NCBI RefSeq assembly: GCF_009914755.1 | Contig: NC_060925.1 | Source: the human T2T-CHM13v2.0 reference genome, Homo sapiens | Strand: one strand, 5' to 3' | Length of the DNA stretch: 64,000 bases | Shown here: positions 12,586 through 27,764 of the stretch, piece after piece | Layout of the letters: each line of letters begins with the position of its first letter | How positions within the stretch are numbered: the first letter of the stretch is position 1 | Program-made: the position numbers and the translations under genes | The notes under the pieces: model-generated | Seen by the model: only the letters and a program-made list of their open reading frames with translations | Database searches by the model: none | What the model was told of the DNA's origin: nothing

Positions 12586-15500
12586 AAGACTGCTAAATTT
12601 TTACATTTTAATTGATGCTTTCTGCAGCACAGCACCACTGGGATTTGCAAAACAGGAGTTCAGGGCAGTCCATGTAATGTTTTTTCAGACTTGAAGATTA
12701 TGCTGTGTTTATAATTTTAACAATTTTTAAGATAGTCTTTTAGTTTTTCCTTTTCTTTTTGGTTTGAAGGGTCATTGTATTGTCATGCTTTCCTCTGATT
12801 CCAGCTCTACACTTTATTTACAGTTCAGCTTTCTGGACCTCTCTTGTTTTTCACAAGAGTGAAAGTTTCTGGTGTGGCTGCCTGGTCATTTTTATAAAGC
12901 CTATGATTACTCTGATGTGTATATTAATCTCTCCAGCAATGCCCAGCAGTTTGGTGGAACTTTGTCCTCAGTTGCTTGAACTTAAAAAATGTCTAGAATC
13001 TGTTTGCCTAAGCTGTAGAGGCCTTTTTTGGATTGGACCTATTAATCTGTCAATACAGTTTGATTTATGTTCCTATTGCCTGTTTTTCTGCTTCTTTACA
13101 TAGACAGAAAAGAATGCTCTGCAGTTTCTGTTGACTGATTTGACATTTTGCAATGAGGAGTACTTAGTGTTACTTGCTACTAGGAAATTTCATCGTGTAC
13201 TCCCTCTTAGCATGTATAAAAAGTTTAACTAGCATGTTCCCTACATTCCCTGGCACAGATCTCCCAAAGATAAGCACTTTGCAGTTCTGCCACCTCAGAA
13301 ACATTTGTCTATCCCTAGTATTTGCCTCCCATTTCCAAGGCTAGTTCCTTACACATGGCCTCCTATCCTGTATCCATTTGTTAAAAATATCTTTAGTGGT
13401 ACAATTTTGAAAGTCATTGAGGCTTTAAATCAAGTGGCTTTGTAGGCTCTACTTAATTCTTATAACTATCCTTTCAAATAGCTTTTGTAGAATTTAAGCA
13501 TGAAATAATAATAATAATAATGATAGGTAATTCATATATTTGAGTAGCCCTTTACAGTTTATAATGCTTAGTGGAAAGGGCATGAACATTGCAGACAGCC
13601 AAACCTGAATTGAAAACTCACTTGAACATTTATTAGCTTTGTAATGCTGAGCACCTTACCTCCCTCATCTTTCTAAGGGTGGCAGGAACACCTTGCAGGC
13701 TTACGGTATTGTTGGATGGGGGAATGGTGCTTGTACAGGGCCTAGTGTGTGCCTGATGCAGAGCGCTGGTTGGGTGCTCAGTTCAAGAGTGCTCCTCTAT
13801 TTCTCCGCTCTTATACAGACTCTCTTGTTGTGACCTCCTGTTACCGCTACACCTGTTCTAGGTACTAGGATTTCTTATGAAAAAGAAAATCCTTACCCTG
13901 ATGGAGCTTACCTTTTAGAAGTGGAGGCGGAAAATAAGAACAGAGAAAAACACACAAATATGTAATACTAGATAGTGATACGTGTTAAGGAGAGAAATAG
14001 GGTAGGGTGAGGGGGTAAGGATTAGGAAGAGGATGAGACGTGGGCAAGGGAGGCTAGTTTAGACAGTGGACCAGAGAATGTCCCGGAGTGAGTAGGAGAA
14101 AAAGTAGATGTGAATCTATGTATCTTGACTTTAATGGATTGTTTTCATTTAAGAGTTTGATAAAGCTGCCCTCACATTTTCTCCAGCTTGCCAGATGTGG
14201 AAGGAAGACACACTGGCCTCAAGTTTCCAGGTTCTTGTTTGGAGTTCTTAGGTGCAGAAGATACCTCAGTTGTCAGTTCTGAGTCACAGTGGCCATTTGC
14301 AAGGGCAGCAGTTCTTGATTTTTACTACCCAAATAATCCTATAGTTTTTGCCTCCAAAATCTCATTAGAGATGAGAACCTGTGTCTTATTTATATCTCTA
14401 TCACCAACACTAAGATGCCATCATCTGTCCTATGGACCACTGCAAAAGCCTCCAACCTGGTCTGTGTGTATCAATTATCACCCCCTTCAATGTATCTTGA
14501 AGTTTGTCTGCAGCATCATTCTGGTGCTCAACCTTCTCGGAGAGAGTGCTCAGAGGAAGCAGCAGCAGGAATCACCAAGACCTATTTGCTGGCTTTGAGG
14601 GTCTGAGGGGCCATTGCTGGGGTAGCTTCAAGAGCCTGGCATCCCGATTCCTGAATCGCAGCCATTGGGATGAGTTCCTGAATGCAGCATTTCCATGGCC
14701 TAAAGGTCACAGTCACCCTAGAGAATCTGTTCAGTACCCTGAGAGTCATTTGTGGAACACCAGTGCACATGGTGCCCCTCCAGTCAGTCCAGTGACTATG
14801 CAAACCTTTCATTATATTCCGTCTTCTTGAATACCTAGAGTGCTTGCTATTTTCTTCATGGAATACTGACTGATGCTACTTGTTCTCTTCCATTTCAGTG
14901 CCTGGATATCCCTTTAAGGAAGGCTTGCCTCTACCTTTTTCTCCTTTTAAAAAACAAAAACCAAACAACGATAACAACACTATTTTTGGGCTTAAATCAC
15001 ATGATTTAAGACCTCAAACTCACCACAATGGAGGAACCATATACTTGTATGCCTCTTTTCTATTTAACCCGACGGATTTCCAGATTCACTCTCCAAACAC
15101 ACCTTTTTTTATTATCCTCATTCATCTTTCAAATTCCCAGTTATTTCTATTATGTGCTTACCAATAAAGACTATTGTGAAATGAAGGATGAAGGGTCTTT
15201 GGAGAGATGAGGACTTGTTCTCCTTAATATTCTTCCATTCCTTTGACAACGAAATTATCCTGAAAATGAACTGTCATTATGATACCTGTGGAAGCAGAAA
15301 AGTCTAAAACAACACTCAAGATGGCTGTTTGGGAGAATATTCTTGATAAGCTATGCTAGAATATAGGTCAGATCAGCTATATAAATATCTAAGACAATGC
15401 TTTCAGGCACTAAATGCTACTCATAAAAAATTAAGTGGAATTTAGAGTGGTTTTAAAATTTATTACAAATGACAAATTGAAAAATAAGCCAAATGGGAAT

Positions 15501-16317
15501 ATAGATTTTATTTCTATATTTAGTGTAGGAAAGTCATAGGAATCCCTTGGCCAGTGATTGTGGAAAATTTAGTTTTGGAGCTGTAAGTGTTGAAATTCCC
15601 ATGGTATTAAATTATTTTGATGAGTTCAAAAATATCCTAAATAATTAAAGGAAACATGTTATTAACTGTTTTTAACACTACTAGAGTAGGTGGTTTCAGA
15701 TAATTTTTATGCTAATGGTTTTCTCTCCTAGATCTAATTTAATGGTCTGGAATGTTCTCCATTTGACCACCTGTCTCGATGGAATGAAGTCAACTAGTTT
15801 GCCTACTCCTGCTTTTTATCTTCCAGTGTAGATATGAAGAATAAGAAGAAGAGATTTTAAAATGTAGTGATGATTATACTAATATATTTAAGTGTATCTC
15901 CAAGTATTTTTAAGTATGTCTTTGGCTAAAAATGAGAACTTGTATTTTTAATTCAATGAAGGGGTCTATACTAATTAGAAAACCATTTTTTGGTGGGGAG
16001 AAAAGAGCAGTTATTACACATTTGCGCAATTTGTTATCTTCTAAATAAATTCATAATCTTATGTAGCATTCATACATTATTAATAAATTTCAGGACTTTT
16101 CAGCAGGAGTCATAAATTTTTAAAACTTATTGCATAATTTAAAAAATTAGGAGGGGAAACAAAATTTGGAATAGTGACATATTTTAAGAGAAAAATATAT
16201 TCTCAAACTCTTGTTATGCTGATAACAATTTGCTAATTGCAAATCATCTCTATTTATTAAAGCAATTTCTCTAAGGACTAATAGATTACATGTTTTCAAC
16301 CTCATATATTATTTTAG

Positions 16318-16668
<351 letters not shown>

Positions 16669-18239
16669 AACAACATATTTTTTCATTCAGACTTTTTACT
16701 TACCAGGTGGATCTTCTCCTGGTTTAGTGCATTCTGGAGATTAGATTATGGAGACTATTTCTGTTCATGAAAGTCACACTCTAAATCACTTAAGTTTCTG
16801 TGGTTTCCAGAAGAAGTTAAACATTTACGGGAAAAAGTCAACATCCTCGATAGCTCCAGTGTACTTTGGCATTTCCGTGGACATGGGAAAGAGAAACATG
16901 GTTCATAGCTCTCTCTGGCTTCTGCATAATGTTACACCAAATACCATATGCTCTGTCGGTGACAATTTTCTTCACTCATTGTGTCTTTTAACTCCAAATG
17001 TTCACATTTTAATAATTTGCTTGAGAAGAATGAAAAGTGACACACATATTACCTTTAAAAATCTATATTCCTTTTGGATATATCTTTTTGAAAACAGAAT
17101 TCATATTTAGTGCTTTGGGTAAGGCAAAATTAAATTCAACCTTTTAGTTTATGTTCCTGAGAAAGGTAGTTTCAGAGGCATCAGAGAAACAATGAGTTCA
17201 GATTACATCATTTATTTAACATTTCCAAGTGATATGTTTTCAATTAAAGTTTTATCGGCCATGTATTGAATATAAATTCTTCTTTCTATTCAATATCTAT
17301 TATAAAAGAATATGATTTCACCATGGTGTATGCCTATGTATTCAATTAAGAAAATTGCTTAGCTTAACTTCCTAAATTTTCCAATCAGAAAAGTTTTCCA
17401 ACATTGAAATTAGCCTGCATCTCTGGGAAAAGGTGAGTGCCTTATGGCTATAGACACCAGACAGGTGCTGGAGGGCCGTCTCCTAAAGACACTGACAACG
17501 TTCCTTTTAGAGAGAAAGACTGAACTGGCAAGGGAGTATTGTCAGCAGCCATAAGGTTTTATATCCAGCTGCTGTGACTTGATACTGCTGATATAACTAA
17601 ATCTGGAGAACATTTCTTTTAGTCTCTCCCTTTCAGGCAAGGGTTTTTGTCAGAAATACTATTCCCTGTTAGAGCAAGGACACTCTGTTGAGATGGGGGT
17701 TAGACATCTAGGTACTGTTCCTGTTCATCTACTAACTAGCTACACAATTGTGAGCACATTGCTTCTTTATCTGTTTCTCTAAGTCCTTCTTCATCAAAAT
17801 AATTTGAATTTCCATTTTGCTGGGGTGAAACAGTAATTCCTAATATGGTGCTTCCCTTCCCCACATCCACTGGTTGTCTCAGAGCCTGCTCCCAAGACAC
17901 ATGTTGTCTTCAACTAACCTTGCTTAGGTTTGCAGGCAGGTAATTAGACAAGAGCGTCTTGGCATTTCATCTTCATCATGTCTATCTGTTTCACTAGAAG
18001 AATACAGTATTGAAGATTCTGTGTTATTGAAGTTTGGCGGGCATAATATTAATTGCATTATCTGATATATAATACAATTTTTCAAACACATAAATATTTT
18101 TTGAATACTTACAATGGGCAGTTAGCTAGATACCCAGTGCATGGGCTAGGGTTATTATATTAAAATAAAGGATTCAGGTCTTATTTCAAACTGCTTACAG
18201 TCTACTTGGAGATACAAGTCCTACAGAGAGAAATACACC

Positions 18240-18560
18240 TAACAACAGAAGGCTTGCTTTCTTACTTCATTTGGCTACAGCTCAATGTCACCCCCTTAGA
18301 GAGGCTACCATTGACCACTCTAAATCAAGTAATACCAAGACATACTCTCTGTTTCCTTACCCTGTTTTATTTTTTCTCCATAGAATTTATCACTAGTTGA
18401 CCATTTATATTTTTATGTGTGTGTTCTCAAATTTGTTAGTTGCTTTTCTCCTTCACTCAATTTAGGTTGTATAAAGGTAAAGGCTTTATTTGGTAATTGT
18501 TAGATCACTAGTGTCAGCAGTAGTAGGTGGCACAATAAATACTTGTTGAATAAAGAAAGG
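18240..18560 (+). mobile_element. L2 LINE 3' fragment
   Basis: cagctcaatgtcacccccttagagagg ... caataaatacttgttgaataaag. Confidence 0.6.
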
Positions 18561-20888
18561 AATGATGTATAAATTATATGCCCAGGGAGTAATAAACACA
18601 AAAGTGGACAATTCTGATAAGAAACTCTCAAGAAAATGGAATTATGATGGACACTTACTCATCTTTTAAGAATGAGTGAGAAATTCTAGACAAGCAGGGA
18701 TAAGGGAACATTCCGAACTTGCTCTCTAGGCTGCTTAAGCAGGACTTGAGACGAGGCAGCAAAAGATACCTGGTTGAAACCACCAGTTAAATAGTTACCT
18801 ATAACCTCAGCAATATACATTGGATAATCTGTCCACATAGGTTTAGAGAGGATCTAAGGGCAACGACCTACAAAACAAATAGTGGTTCAGAGGGAAAGGT
18901 GGAAGGGCTCATGTCAGCTGAGAGCAAGGGGGCAGAATTGATACCCTTCAGAAGGATACTCTCCAGCCCCACAAGGGTGCAAGACTCAGCACACAGGCCA
19001 GCACACTATTTTTCCTAGGATGAGGTGGGCAACTCAGTGATTCTTTGTATTCTGGGGCCATGCCACTGTACTTTAAAATGGGTTCTAAGACTGGATCTTT
19101 CCTGTATTTTCATACAGTTATGGATAAATACTAAATTTGCATATATTTGTTGAACTTAAAAAACTCATGTCATTTTCATAGTTGATAAAACCCAGAAACC
19201 ATCAAATCTAGCACCTCAGTGAAACCAGAGCAGCATTCCCTTTTTGTCTGTGAGTCTTAAGCTGGTAAACCGGGGGTTGGTGAAGAAAGTAAACTCTGGG
19301 GTCTTTTGACCTCTTAATGTCCTTCACAGGCTGAGAGAAATCAAAGACTCTCGAGGAATTTTCCAGTGCTGTAGGATTGATGACTTTAGTCAAGTGTTGT
19401 AAAGAGACTGTCAGAAGATAAAAGCCAGTAGAGGTACAACATTAAACAGGGAGTGGGTTCACTTGAGTTTCTCTTAGCAAACTGCTCAAGCTTTCTTTCT
19501 TTGTCTTCAGATGAATGTGGTGTTTGATTTCACTTGTCACATGATCCAGCTGTTTCGGGAAAATACTTATGTTTTCCATTGAACAGTCCTGTTGCTATTT
19601 TTAGTTGATATTGTGCAGGCACTGCATCTTCTTGCAGGCATCATCTAACTCTCCAGCTGGCTGGTGTTAATAAGGCCAATATTGTGGGCTTGGTAGCTGG
19701 TTTTATGCCAATAACTTACAATGTGCATGTAGCTAGATACACTGGGCCCTCTCCCATGGGCAGCACCCTCAAGCTTCCTCAGGGCCTTCATGCTTTTGTG
19801 CTGTTGCTCCCTGTGCTGTTGCTTCTGGAATAAATATCTCCCAGAAGAGAAGATAGAGGCATCTTCTTCAGTCTGAAGGGCAGGGTATTAAATTATTATT
19901 GATTTGAATTAAAAATGGTTGCTTTAAGTGAGAGATCATGTATTTGTGGGAATGCTACCAGGCTAGAAGTTTGTAAGCCTGCCCTCTCTCTGGTTTGACC
20001 ACTATTTGTCTGTGTGAATTTAGGCTATCACATAAACTCCAGGTCCTTGTTTGTTCATCTCTAAAATGAGAGAGATGGTCAGCGCTTCTCAATATTTTCA
20101 ACAAAATTGTCTTCAATAGAAAAAAGTAAAAGCATATATATAAAATTGCCATGTTAGAGCATGCCAAGTAGTTCACAGTTCCCTTTTGCCTATAGGATAG
20201 TATAAACTCTTTCACTAAACATTCAAGGCCCTCTACAGCCTGGATCCAGTTTATCTTTCTGCCCTGCTGTGATATCACTCACTTCCATATATGCTGTCTG
20301 CCCGTGTGCCTTTGTTCATTCTTCCATCAGCGTGGAATGTCCTTTCTCCTTTCCCTCCCTCTTTATATCCAATGCATCTCTTAAGGCCTGCTTCAAATGT
20401 CATTTCCCATGCAAATTTTCTTTGATTCCTTCAGAAATAATCCCCTCCTTTTTAGTTTAACCATGCCTCTCTTGTTGTACACCCTTTCTGCTTTGCTTTT
20501 GAATTCATTTTCTTATCTCTTCTGCTGCTTTGTATGTTTCTTGGGGGTCATTATGGTTTCTGTTTCAACTTGGTATTCCTCTTACTTCCCTCCACTAGTT
20601 CGATATCTAGTACAGAATCTTATATGCTAGCACAGAAGCCTGTTTCCATTAAATTTTGTTGAAATAGTAAATTAGTCATAAAGAGGTTAAAGCAAGACAG
20701 TATTGCTGAAACAACAGCATCTATCTGCATTGCTGAAAAAAAATCCTTAAAGAAATTTTACTGTTGATTTTTCATCAATACCATAGCTTTTTAATTACAT
20801 AATATTTAGTTAACCCTTCATTATTTATGGTCTTTTAAAAATATGTGATTACCTTTTATTTCTAAAACAGCCTTTGTAGGTATATAAA

Positions 20889-23272
20889 CAGGCATACCTT
20901 GGAGATATTGCAGTTTCGGTTCCAGACCTCCCCAGTAAAGCAAATATTGCTATGAAATGAGTCACAGAATGGTTTTGGTTTCCCAGTGCATATAAAAGTT
21001 GTGTTTATGTTATACGTTAGCCTATTAAGTGTGCAATAGCATTATGTCTAAAAGATAGTGTACATACCTTAATTAAAAAAGATTTTATTGCTTAAGGAAA
21101 CTGATGATCATCTGATCTTTCAGCAAGTTGTAATCTTTTTGCTGGTGAAGTGTCTTGCCTCAGTGTTCATGGCTGCTGACTGATCAGGGTGGTGGTGGCT
21201 GAAGGTTGTGATGCCTGTGGCAATTTCTTAAAATAAGACAACAGTGAAGAAGTTTGTCACATTGATTGACAATTCCTTTCATGAAAGATTTTTCTGTAGC
21301 ATGTGATGCTGTTTGACAGCATTTTACCAACAGTAGAACGTCTTTCAAAATTGGAGGCAATTCTCTCAAACCCTGCTGTCACTTTATCAACTAAGTTTAT
21401 AGAATAGTCTAAATATTTTGTTGTCATTTCAACAATGTTCACAGCATCTTCACCAGGGGTAGATTCCATATCAAGAAACTTTCCTTGCTCATTTATAAGA
21501 AGAAATGCCTCACCCATCCAAGTTTTATCAAGGAATTGCAGCAATTCAGTTACATCTTCAGGTTCCACTTCTAGTTCTAGTTCCACAGTTACTTCCTTTA
21601 CTGATGTCTTAAACACCTCAAGTCATCCATGAGGGTTGGAATCAACTTCTTCTGAACTCCCATGAATGTTGATATTTTCACCTCCTCCCATAAATTACAA
21701 ATGTTCTTAATGGCATCTAGAATAGTGAATCATTTCCAGAAGGTTTTCAAATAACTTTGCCCAGCTCCATCAGAGGAATCACTATCTATGCCAGCTAGAG
21801 CTTCGAAAAATGTGTTTCTCAAATAACAAGACTTGAAAGTTGAATTGATTCCTTAATTCATGGGCTGAAGAATGAATGTGCTAGCAGGCATGAAAACAAC
21901 ATGAATCTCTGTATATCTCTATCAGCGATAGGCTACGTGTGCTGGGTGACTACGTGCATTGTCAATGATCAGTAATATTTTGAAAGGAATTTTTTTTAAT
22001 GTGCAGTAGGGTTCAACAGTGGGCTTAAAATATTCAGTAAACTATGCTGTAAACAGATGTGCTGTCATTAGGCTGTGTTGTTTCATTTATAGAGCACAGG
22101 CAGAGTAAATTTAGTATGATTTTTAAGGGCACTGAGATTTTCAGAATGGTAAGTGAGCATTGGTTTCCACATACAGTCTCCAGCTGCATTAACCCCTAAC
22201 AAGAGAGTCTGCCTGTCTTTTGAAGCTTTGAAGCCAGATATTGACTTCTCCTCTCTAGCTACAAAAGTCTTAGATGGCATCTGCTTCCAATAGAAGACTG
22301 TTTCATTTACATTGAAAATTTGTTATTTAGTGTATCCACCTTCATCAATTATTTTAGCTAGATTTTTTGGATAACTTGCTGCAGCTTCTACACCAGCACT
22401 CACTGCTTCATCTTGCACTTTTATGTTATGGAGATAGCTTTGTTCCTTAAAAATTATAAACCACCTTCTGTTAGCTTCAGATGATTCTTTTGCAGCTTCC
22501 TCACCTCTGTCAGCCTTCATAAATTTGAAGAGAGTTAAGGTCTTGCTCTGGATTAGGCTTTGGCTTAAGGAAATGTTGTGGCTGATTTAATCTTCTATCC
22601 AGACCACTCGAACTTTCTCTGCATTAGCAATAAGTCTGTTTGGCTTTTTTATCATTCATGTGTTCACTGGTGTAGTACTTTTCATTTCCTTCAATAACTT
22701 TTTCTTTGCATTTACAACTTGGTTAACTGTCTGGCACAAAAGGCCTAGCTTTCAGCCTATCTCAGCTTTTGACATGCCTTCATCACTAAGCTTAATTATT
22801 TCTAGCTTTTTATTTAAAGTGAGAGATGTGCAAACATTCCTTTCACTTGAAAACTTAGAAGACATTGCAGGATTATTAATTGGCATAATTTAAAAATTGT
22901 TGTGTCTCAGGGAATAGGGAGGCTTAAGGAGAGAGAAAGAGATGAGGGAATGGTCAGTTGGAGCAGTCAGAACACATACAACGTTTATTAAGTTTGCTCT
23001 CTCATATGGGCATGGCCCAAAACAATTATAATAGTAATATCAAAGATCACTGATCAGAGATAGTCATAGCAGATAGAATAATAATGAAAAAGTTTGAAAT
23101 ATTGTGAGAATTACCAAAATATGACACAGAGACATGAAGTGAGTACATCCTGTTGGAAAAATGATGCTGATAGACTTGCTCAACATTGACTTACCACAAA
23201 CCTTCAATTTGTAAAAAATGCAATATCAGTGAAGTGCAATAAAGTGAAGCTCAATAAAATGAGGTATGCCTA
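20889..23272 (-). mobile_element. Tigger1 (pogo/Tc1-mariner) DNA transposon, near full length (~2.38 kb), transposase decayed
   Basis: Terminal inverted repeats CAGGCATACCT at 20889 and AGGTATGCCT at 23262-23271. Minus-strand ORF remnants 22323..22520, 22083..22280 (MPSKTFVAREEKSISGFKASKDRQTLLLG) and 21257..21616 match Tigger1/TIGD-type transposase. Confidence 0.93.
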
Positions 23273-23274
23273 AC

Positions 23275-24016
23275 TCCAATATAATGATGACATTAATCAC
23301 CTGAAGTTAATGCAGACTCCACAACTTAAGGATGCAGTCCCCCACAAGACTACCCTCATTTTAGATGACAGACACAAAGTCAGGGGTTCCCCAGGCCACC
23401 TGCTATGATGAACTGGCTATGAATTTGGAGATTTCCATCATCTTCTCTGGTCTGATATTTGCTAGAATGACTTGCAGAACTCATGGAAGTGTTATAATTA
23501 CAGTTATAATTATAAAGGATACCATTGAGGACCTGCTAAGTGAAGAGACTAACAGGGTGAGGTCTGGCAAGATTCCAAATGTAGAGCTTCCATTAACCCC
23601 TACCCTGTTGTCAGGATGCATATCTCTAGGTACGGTGATGTGTATTCCCCAAGCAGGAAGCTCCCCTGAACCTCACTGTTTCGAGTTTTTATTGAGGTTT
23701 CATCAGGTAGGTGTGATTGGTTAACTCACTGGCCACGTAATTAAGTTCAAGCTCCAGTTCCCTCCCCTCTCCAGGGGTCAGGAGTTTGTATTGTTAACAT
23801 TTGGTTCAAACCCTTAACCTTGTAATCACACGGTTGGCCTTTCTGGCATGACCAGCCCCCATCCTAAGTTGTCTCCCTGGTGTAAACTAAGGTGTGGTCC
23901 AGGGTCCCACCATAAGTAACAAAGACACACTTGTCCCTTGGGAAATTCAAGGGGCATAGAACACATTTTTCCAGAAACCTGGGAAAAAGACCAGGCATAT
24001 TCTTTATTATATAACA
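23275..24016 (-). mobile_element. MER21-family LTR (one end truncated where it abuts Tigger1)
   Basis: gcagtccccacaagactaccc ... ggttccccaggccacc ... gctagaatgacttgcagaactca ... gcatattctttattatataaca; on the minus strand it begins TGTTATATAATAAAGAATATG. Confidence 0.7.
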
Positions 24017-24537
24017 GTGGGAAAGAAATTATTACCCTCATTTTCAGATGGCACTGAGGAAGGCAAAGTGACTTGTTCAGTGTCACAAGGCTCAATAATA
24101 ATGGAGCCAGAATACCAATCCTGGAGGTCTGACCCCAAGTCTCAGCCTCTATCACCGTGATAGATTCCCTACAGGGAGGCCAATTTCACATCATAATTGT
24201 CATTATATCTTTCAAACTTTTTTGAGTAGCTGGATCTGAGCTAAATGTTCCTTTGGGAACCATGATCACTGTTCCTGGTGGTTAGTAAGAGATCCTCCTC
24301 CTCTGGGCTGTGGCCCATTGATGCTGTGAGTGTGGGGTTGGCAGCCCTCTGATCAGGAGGTCCATTGTATGACAGGTACAAACAGTTCTGCAGACTTTGA
24401 AGGTGAGGCACAAGCCAGAGCTACCCTCTTTGTTGAACCATGAGGATGAGTGGATCAAAGGAGTCACAAATCCTCAATTTTAGTGTCCTTTTTTTCTGTA
24501 ATTTCCACTTATGATAAGAGCATTTGTTATTGGCAAG

Positions 24538-24620
24538 CTATCTATCTATACGTTTACCATCTGTGTATCCAATCTATTCATCTAATCTATTTATGTGTCT
24601 GTCTGTCTATCTTTCATCTA
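24538..24620. repeat. degenerate (TCTA)n/(TCTG)n microsatellite
   Basis: ctatctatctatac ... tctaatctatttatgtgtctgtctgtctatct. Confidence 0.7.
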
Positions 24621-24879
24621 TTGACAAGCTTTCATCAGCCTTAAAGGCTGATTGTGGCTGTGGCCTGTTTCTTATAGTGGGGAAGGAAGTATAAGTAAGG
24701 TTGAAGGTCCCAGGCATGGCTAAAATACAAAATGATGATTTTTCTAATGTTGCTTCCTTCTCCCTTCTCCTCTCTTTCCTAATACCCCTCCCCCTCCAGT
24801 CTTTCCTACTCCCTTCTTCCTTTCCCAGCTTTCAGAATGCCTTTTTACTTCTCCTACATGGAAACATCATCTTGGTTGA

Positions 24880-25100
24880 ACAATCATTCCTATGTGCCAG
24901 ATATAATTCTATGAGCATTATGCCTATTAACACACACCATCCTCACTACTATTACCATCATTGTAAGTGTGAGAAAGCTGAAGCAAAGAGACGTTTAATG
25001 AACTTCCCAGAGTCTCCAGCTAGTTTGTAGCAGATCTGAGAGCTTCAAACCCTGGTAACCAGATGCCCGAGTCTGTACTCTTTACCACCTCACTAAACTG
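24880..25100 (-). mobile_element. MIR SINE (a second, oppositely oriented MIR fragment follows at ~25120-25290)
   Basis: tatgtgccag ... ccatcattgtaagtgtgagaaagctgaagcaaagagacgtttaatgaacttcccagagtc. Confidence 0.65.
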
Positions 25101-27764
25101 CCTTGATTAAATAAAAAGAATTTCAGCTTTGAAAGTTGGGTTAAGTTGCTGGCTTTTTTCCTTAAGACATATGTGACCTTAGTCATGTTGTAGAAGCTGC
25201 CCAAGCCTCAGTTCATTATCCTTTAAACAGGGTAAAGAAACCCTTCTTCAATATGATGCCACAAAGACAGAATGAGGAAATGTATTGAGTAATATACTCT
25301 CCACTCACTTCCGTTTTTCTCTTCTCCCTAGGACAGGGGCATGGAAGGACCTAGAGAAGGCGTTGATTCATGCTCTTCAAGACTCATGCTCAGCTTTGGG
25401 AGTGCAGTTGGGTTGCCTTTGCAGGAATGACCTTTTGAGACGTCACCCAGCTGCAAGCTGGCTCTGGCTCCTTATTGCCCCACCACAGCTATTGCCCAAC
25501 TCACTGTAGGGAAAGAGTGGCTTGGTTTTTTTTCTTCAAAACTAAGACTTTCAGGAAAGTGAGCTGCAGTATCTGGAAAATCCAGATATGTTAAGTCACA
25601 GTATAAAAGTCTCTTTTACTCTTTCAGGACCATTTTTCCTTCTCTTCTGTGACACCTTCAGCCTTTGCAGAGAGATTGTGGGCAGGAGACCTGTGACATG
25701 GGTGTTTGCCTCTAGGAAGCACAGCAGAGACCAAAGCAGGGCACAGTCATTTCCACCCTGGCTTAGACTGTACTGCTCAGCACCGTGACTGGAGGTTACA
25801 AGGCCTTTGGCTGTAAGTTTACCTCTACAGGTTTTACTACTTAAGGAACTCCTGCCAATGGACTTTTCTTAAGCCTCAAGGTCAAGTTCAAGTTCCATGC
25901 TGGCTCTGTAGAGTTTTCTTGTCCTTTGCAACACAAATAATGGCCAGTCTCTTTAATTGATTCCCCTTAGTTCTGCTTGATTTTCAGTTTTTCACCTTAC
26001 TCTCTCTAAGTATTAACAGTGACCTTCATGGGAACTGTGGTTGTTACCTTATTTCTTTCTTTGTTGAGTGCCTAGATCCTTGCCTGGAACTTGGCTGATG
26101 TCTAATAAATGACTGTTGAATTGAATGTTGACTGCCTGCCTTCCTTTCTGCCTTTTTATATATTACTATGGTTCCAGAACTTTCTACCATCTATCTCACA
26201 GATTCCTCATTAGACCCTTACATTGAGATTGTTCATTTCATTGGTCCTGAGGGATTCCCTTGACCTTTCCCCACTCTGTAAATACCAAGTTAGTCTAGCA
26301 GAGTGAAACAAAAAGTGAAGTTGGGACTAGACAGACTGGGCTTGGAATACTCATTTTTCAATTTACTTACTGCTCTGACCATGGGCAAGTGGTTCACCAT
26401 CTCTGAGTCTTGCAAAATGGGGCGATAATGTCCAGAGCTGCTGCTGATAGCCCAAATAGCATCTTTGTGTGAATTAGAAAAGGGAATCTCCAGTGGCCTG
26501 TGGACCCTTCATGTGGCAAGCCGGGTGTGAGTTGGATTTTTAGCCTTTACTTGCTCCCTTGGCTGGTACATTCTGTAAAAATCATTCAAGGCAGCTCTTA
26601 AAGGACCTCTCTCCCAAGGCTGGCATGAAGGCTAAATGACACTGAGCAAGGGAAGAGCCTGGCAGAAAGCAGGGAATGAAAATGTTTTATTTTTTTGGTG
26701 CCCAAAATGAAAATAACACCATGTTACTTACAGTGTACATCCACTTTCCCTCCCATTAACTCCCACCTCTGCCAACCCAAAGTCCTCTATCTGTCCTGTA
26801 CCATGGGAAAATCCTAGGCAATACTGAATTATCAGTGAAGTTAGCTACTGGAGTCTCACATCTCTTCTAAGGGTATTGTGTCCCCACCCCTACTCCAGCT
26901 TCATGAGCCCATTGCCTTCACTCTCTCTCTTTCCTCTTCTCCCTGCTCCAAACAAATTTTGTTTCTGGAAAGAAGCTGATCTCCGCAGTTTGAGCCTTTT
27001 CATCTTTCTAATTGTGTACTTACAGACTTTCTCTGCTTTTGGAGATAGCTCTGGCATTACTAAATACATGTGGGTCACAAAGTAATTACTTCTTCTGAGA
27101 CATAAGGCAGATCTAAAAATGGACCCCTACAAGAGCTAGCATCTTATTGACTGAAACAGATCTCCCTAGATGCCCCAGTAGATACATGACATTTTGATAA
27201 TTATATCTTTATCAGACACTAAAGTAAACTAATGCACTTTAAACCAAGCAATGTACACACCAACATTTCCTCTATATCTCTGACCCCATCCCATCATCAA
27301 GTCTTACAAAGGTCTGGTTGGTGTTTCTCCCCCTTTTTCTTTCTGATCTCTCCTGTGTACTGTAAGAGAGCAGTTAGGATTGCTCACATCTTTGTCCTTA
27401 AAGCTCCCAGTGGCAGAATATAGGAGGGAGAGTGGGAGGGGAGAAGATGCTAACTTCATCCTGCTCCTTGGTGTGCCCTGAATCCCAAACAGAAGTAGCC
27501 CTGAAGCACACTGGGACAGAGGTTTCAAGACTCTACAGTCTCCTAAACCTCACCCGAGTCTTGAGCTGGATGCTTGACAGGATTGCAGAACTCCTTTGCA
27601 CAGTGACTCCGACCCAGTTTAGAGGGCTGAAATTTTAGATGTTGAACGTCCCAGGAAACCAAGCAAATCATGAATAAAGAAAAGGCTCACAAGCCATCGT
27701 TTTACATCTTGGTTAAGTTTTTGCTATGGTTTTTGTTGGTCTATTGTCAGTATAGCAGAGTGAC

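Noticed and set aside
21184-22893. Transposase ORFs as a domesticated TIGD-like gene
   Set aside because: Multiple stops and frameshifts; consistent with neutral decay of Tigger1.
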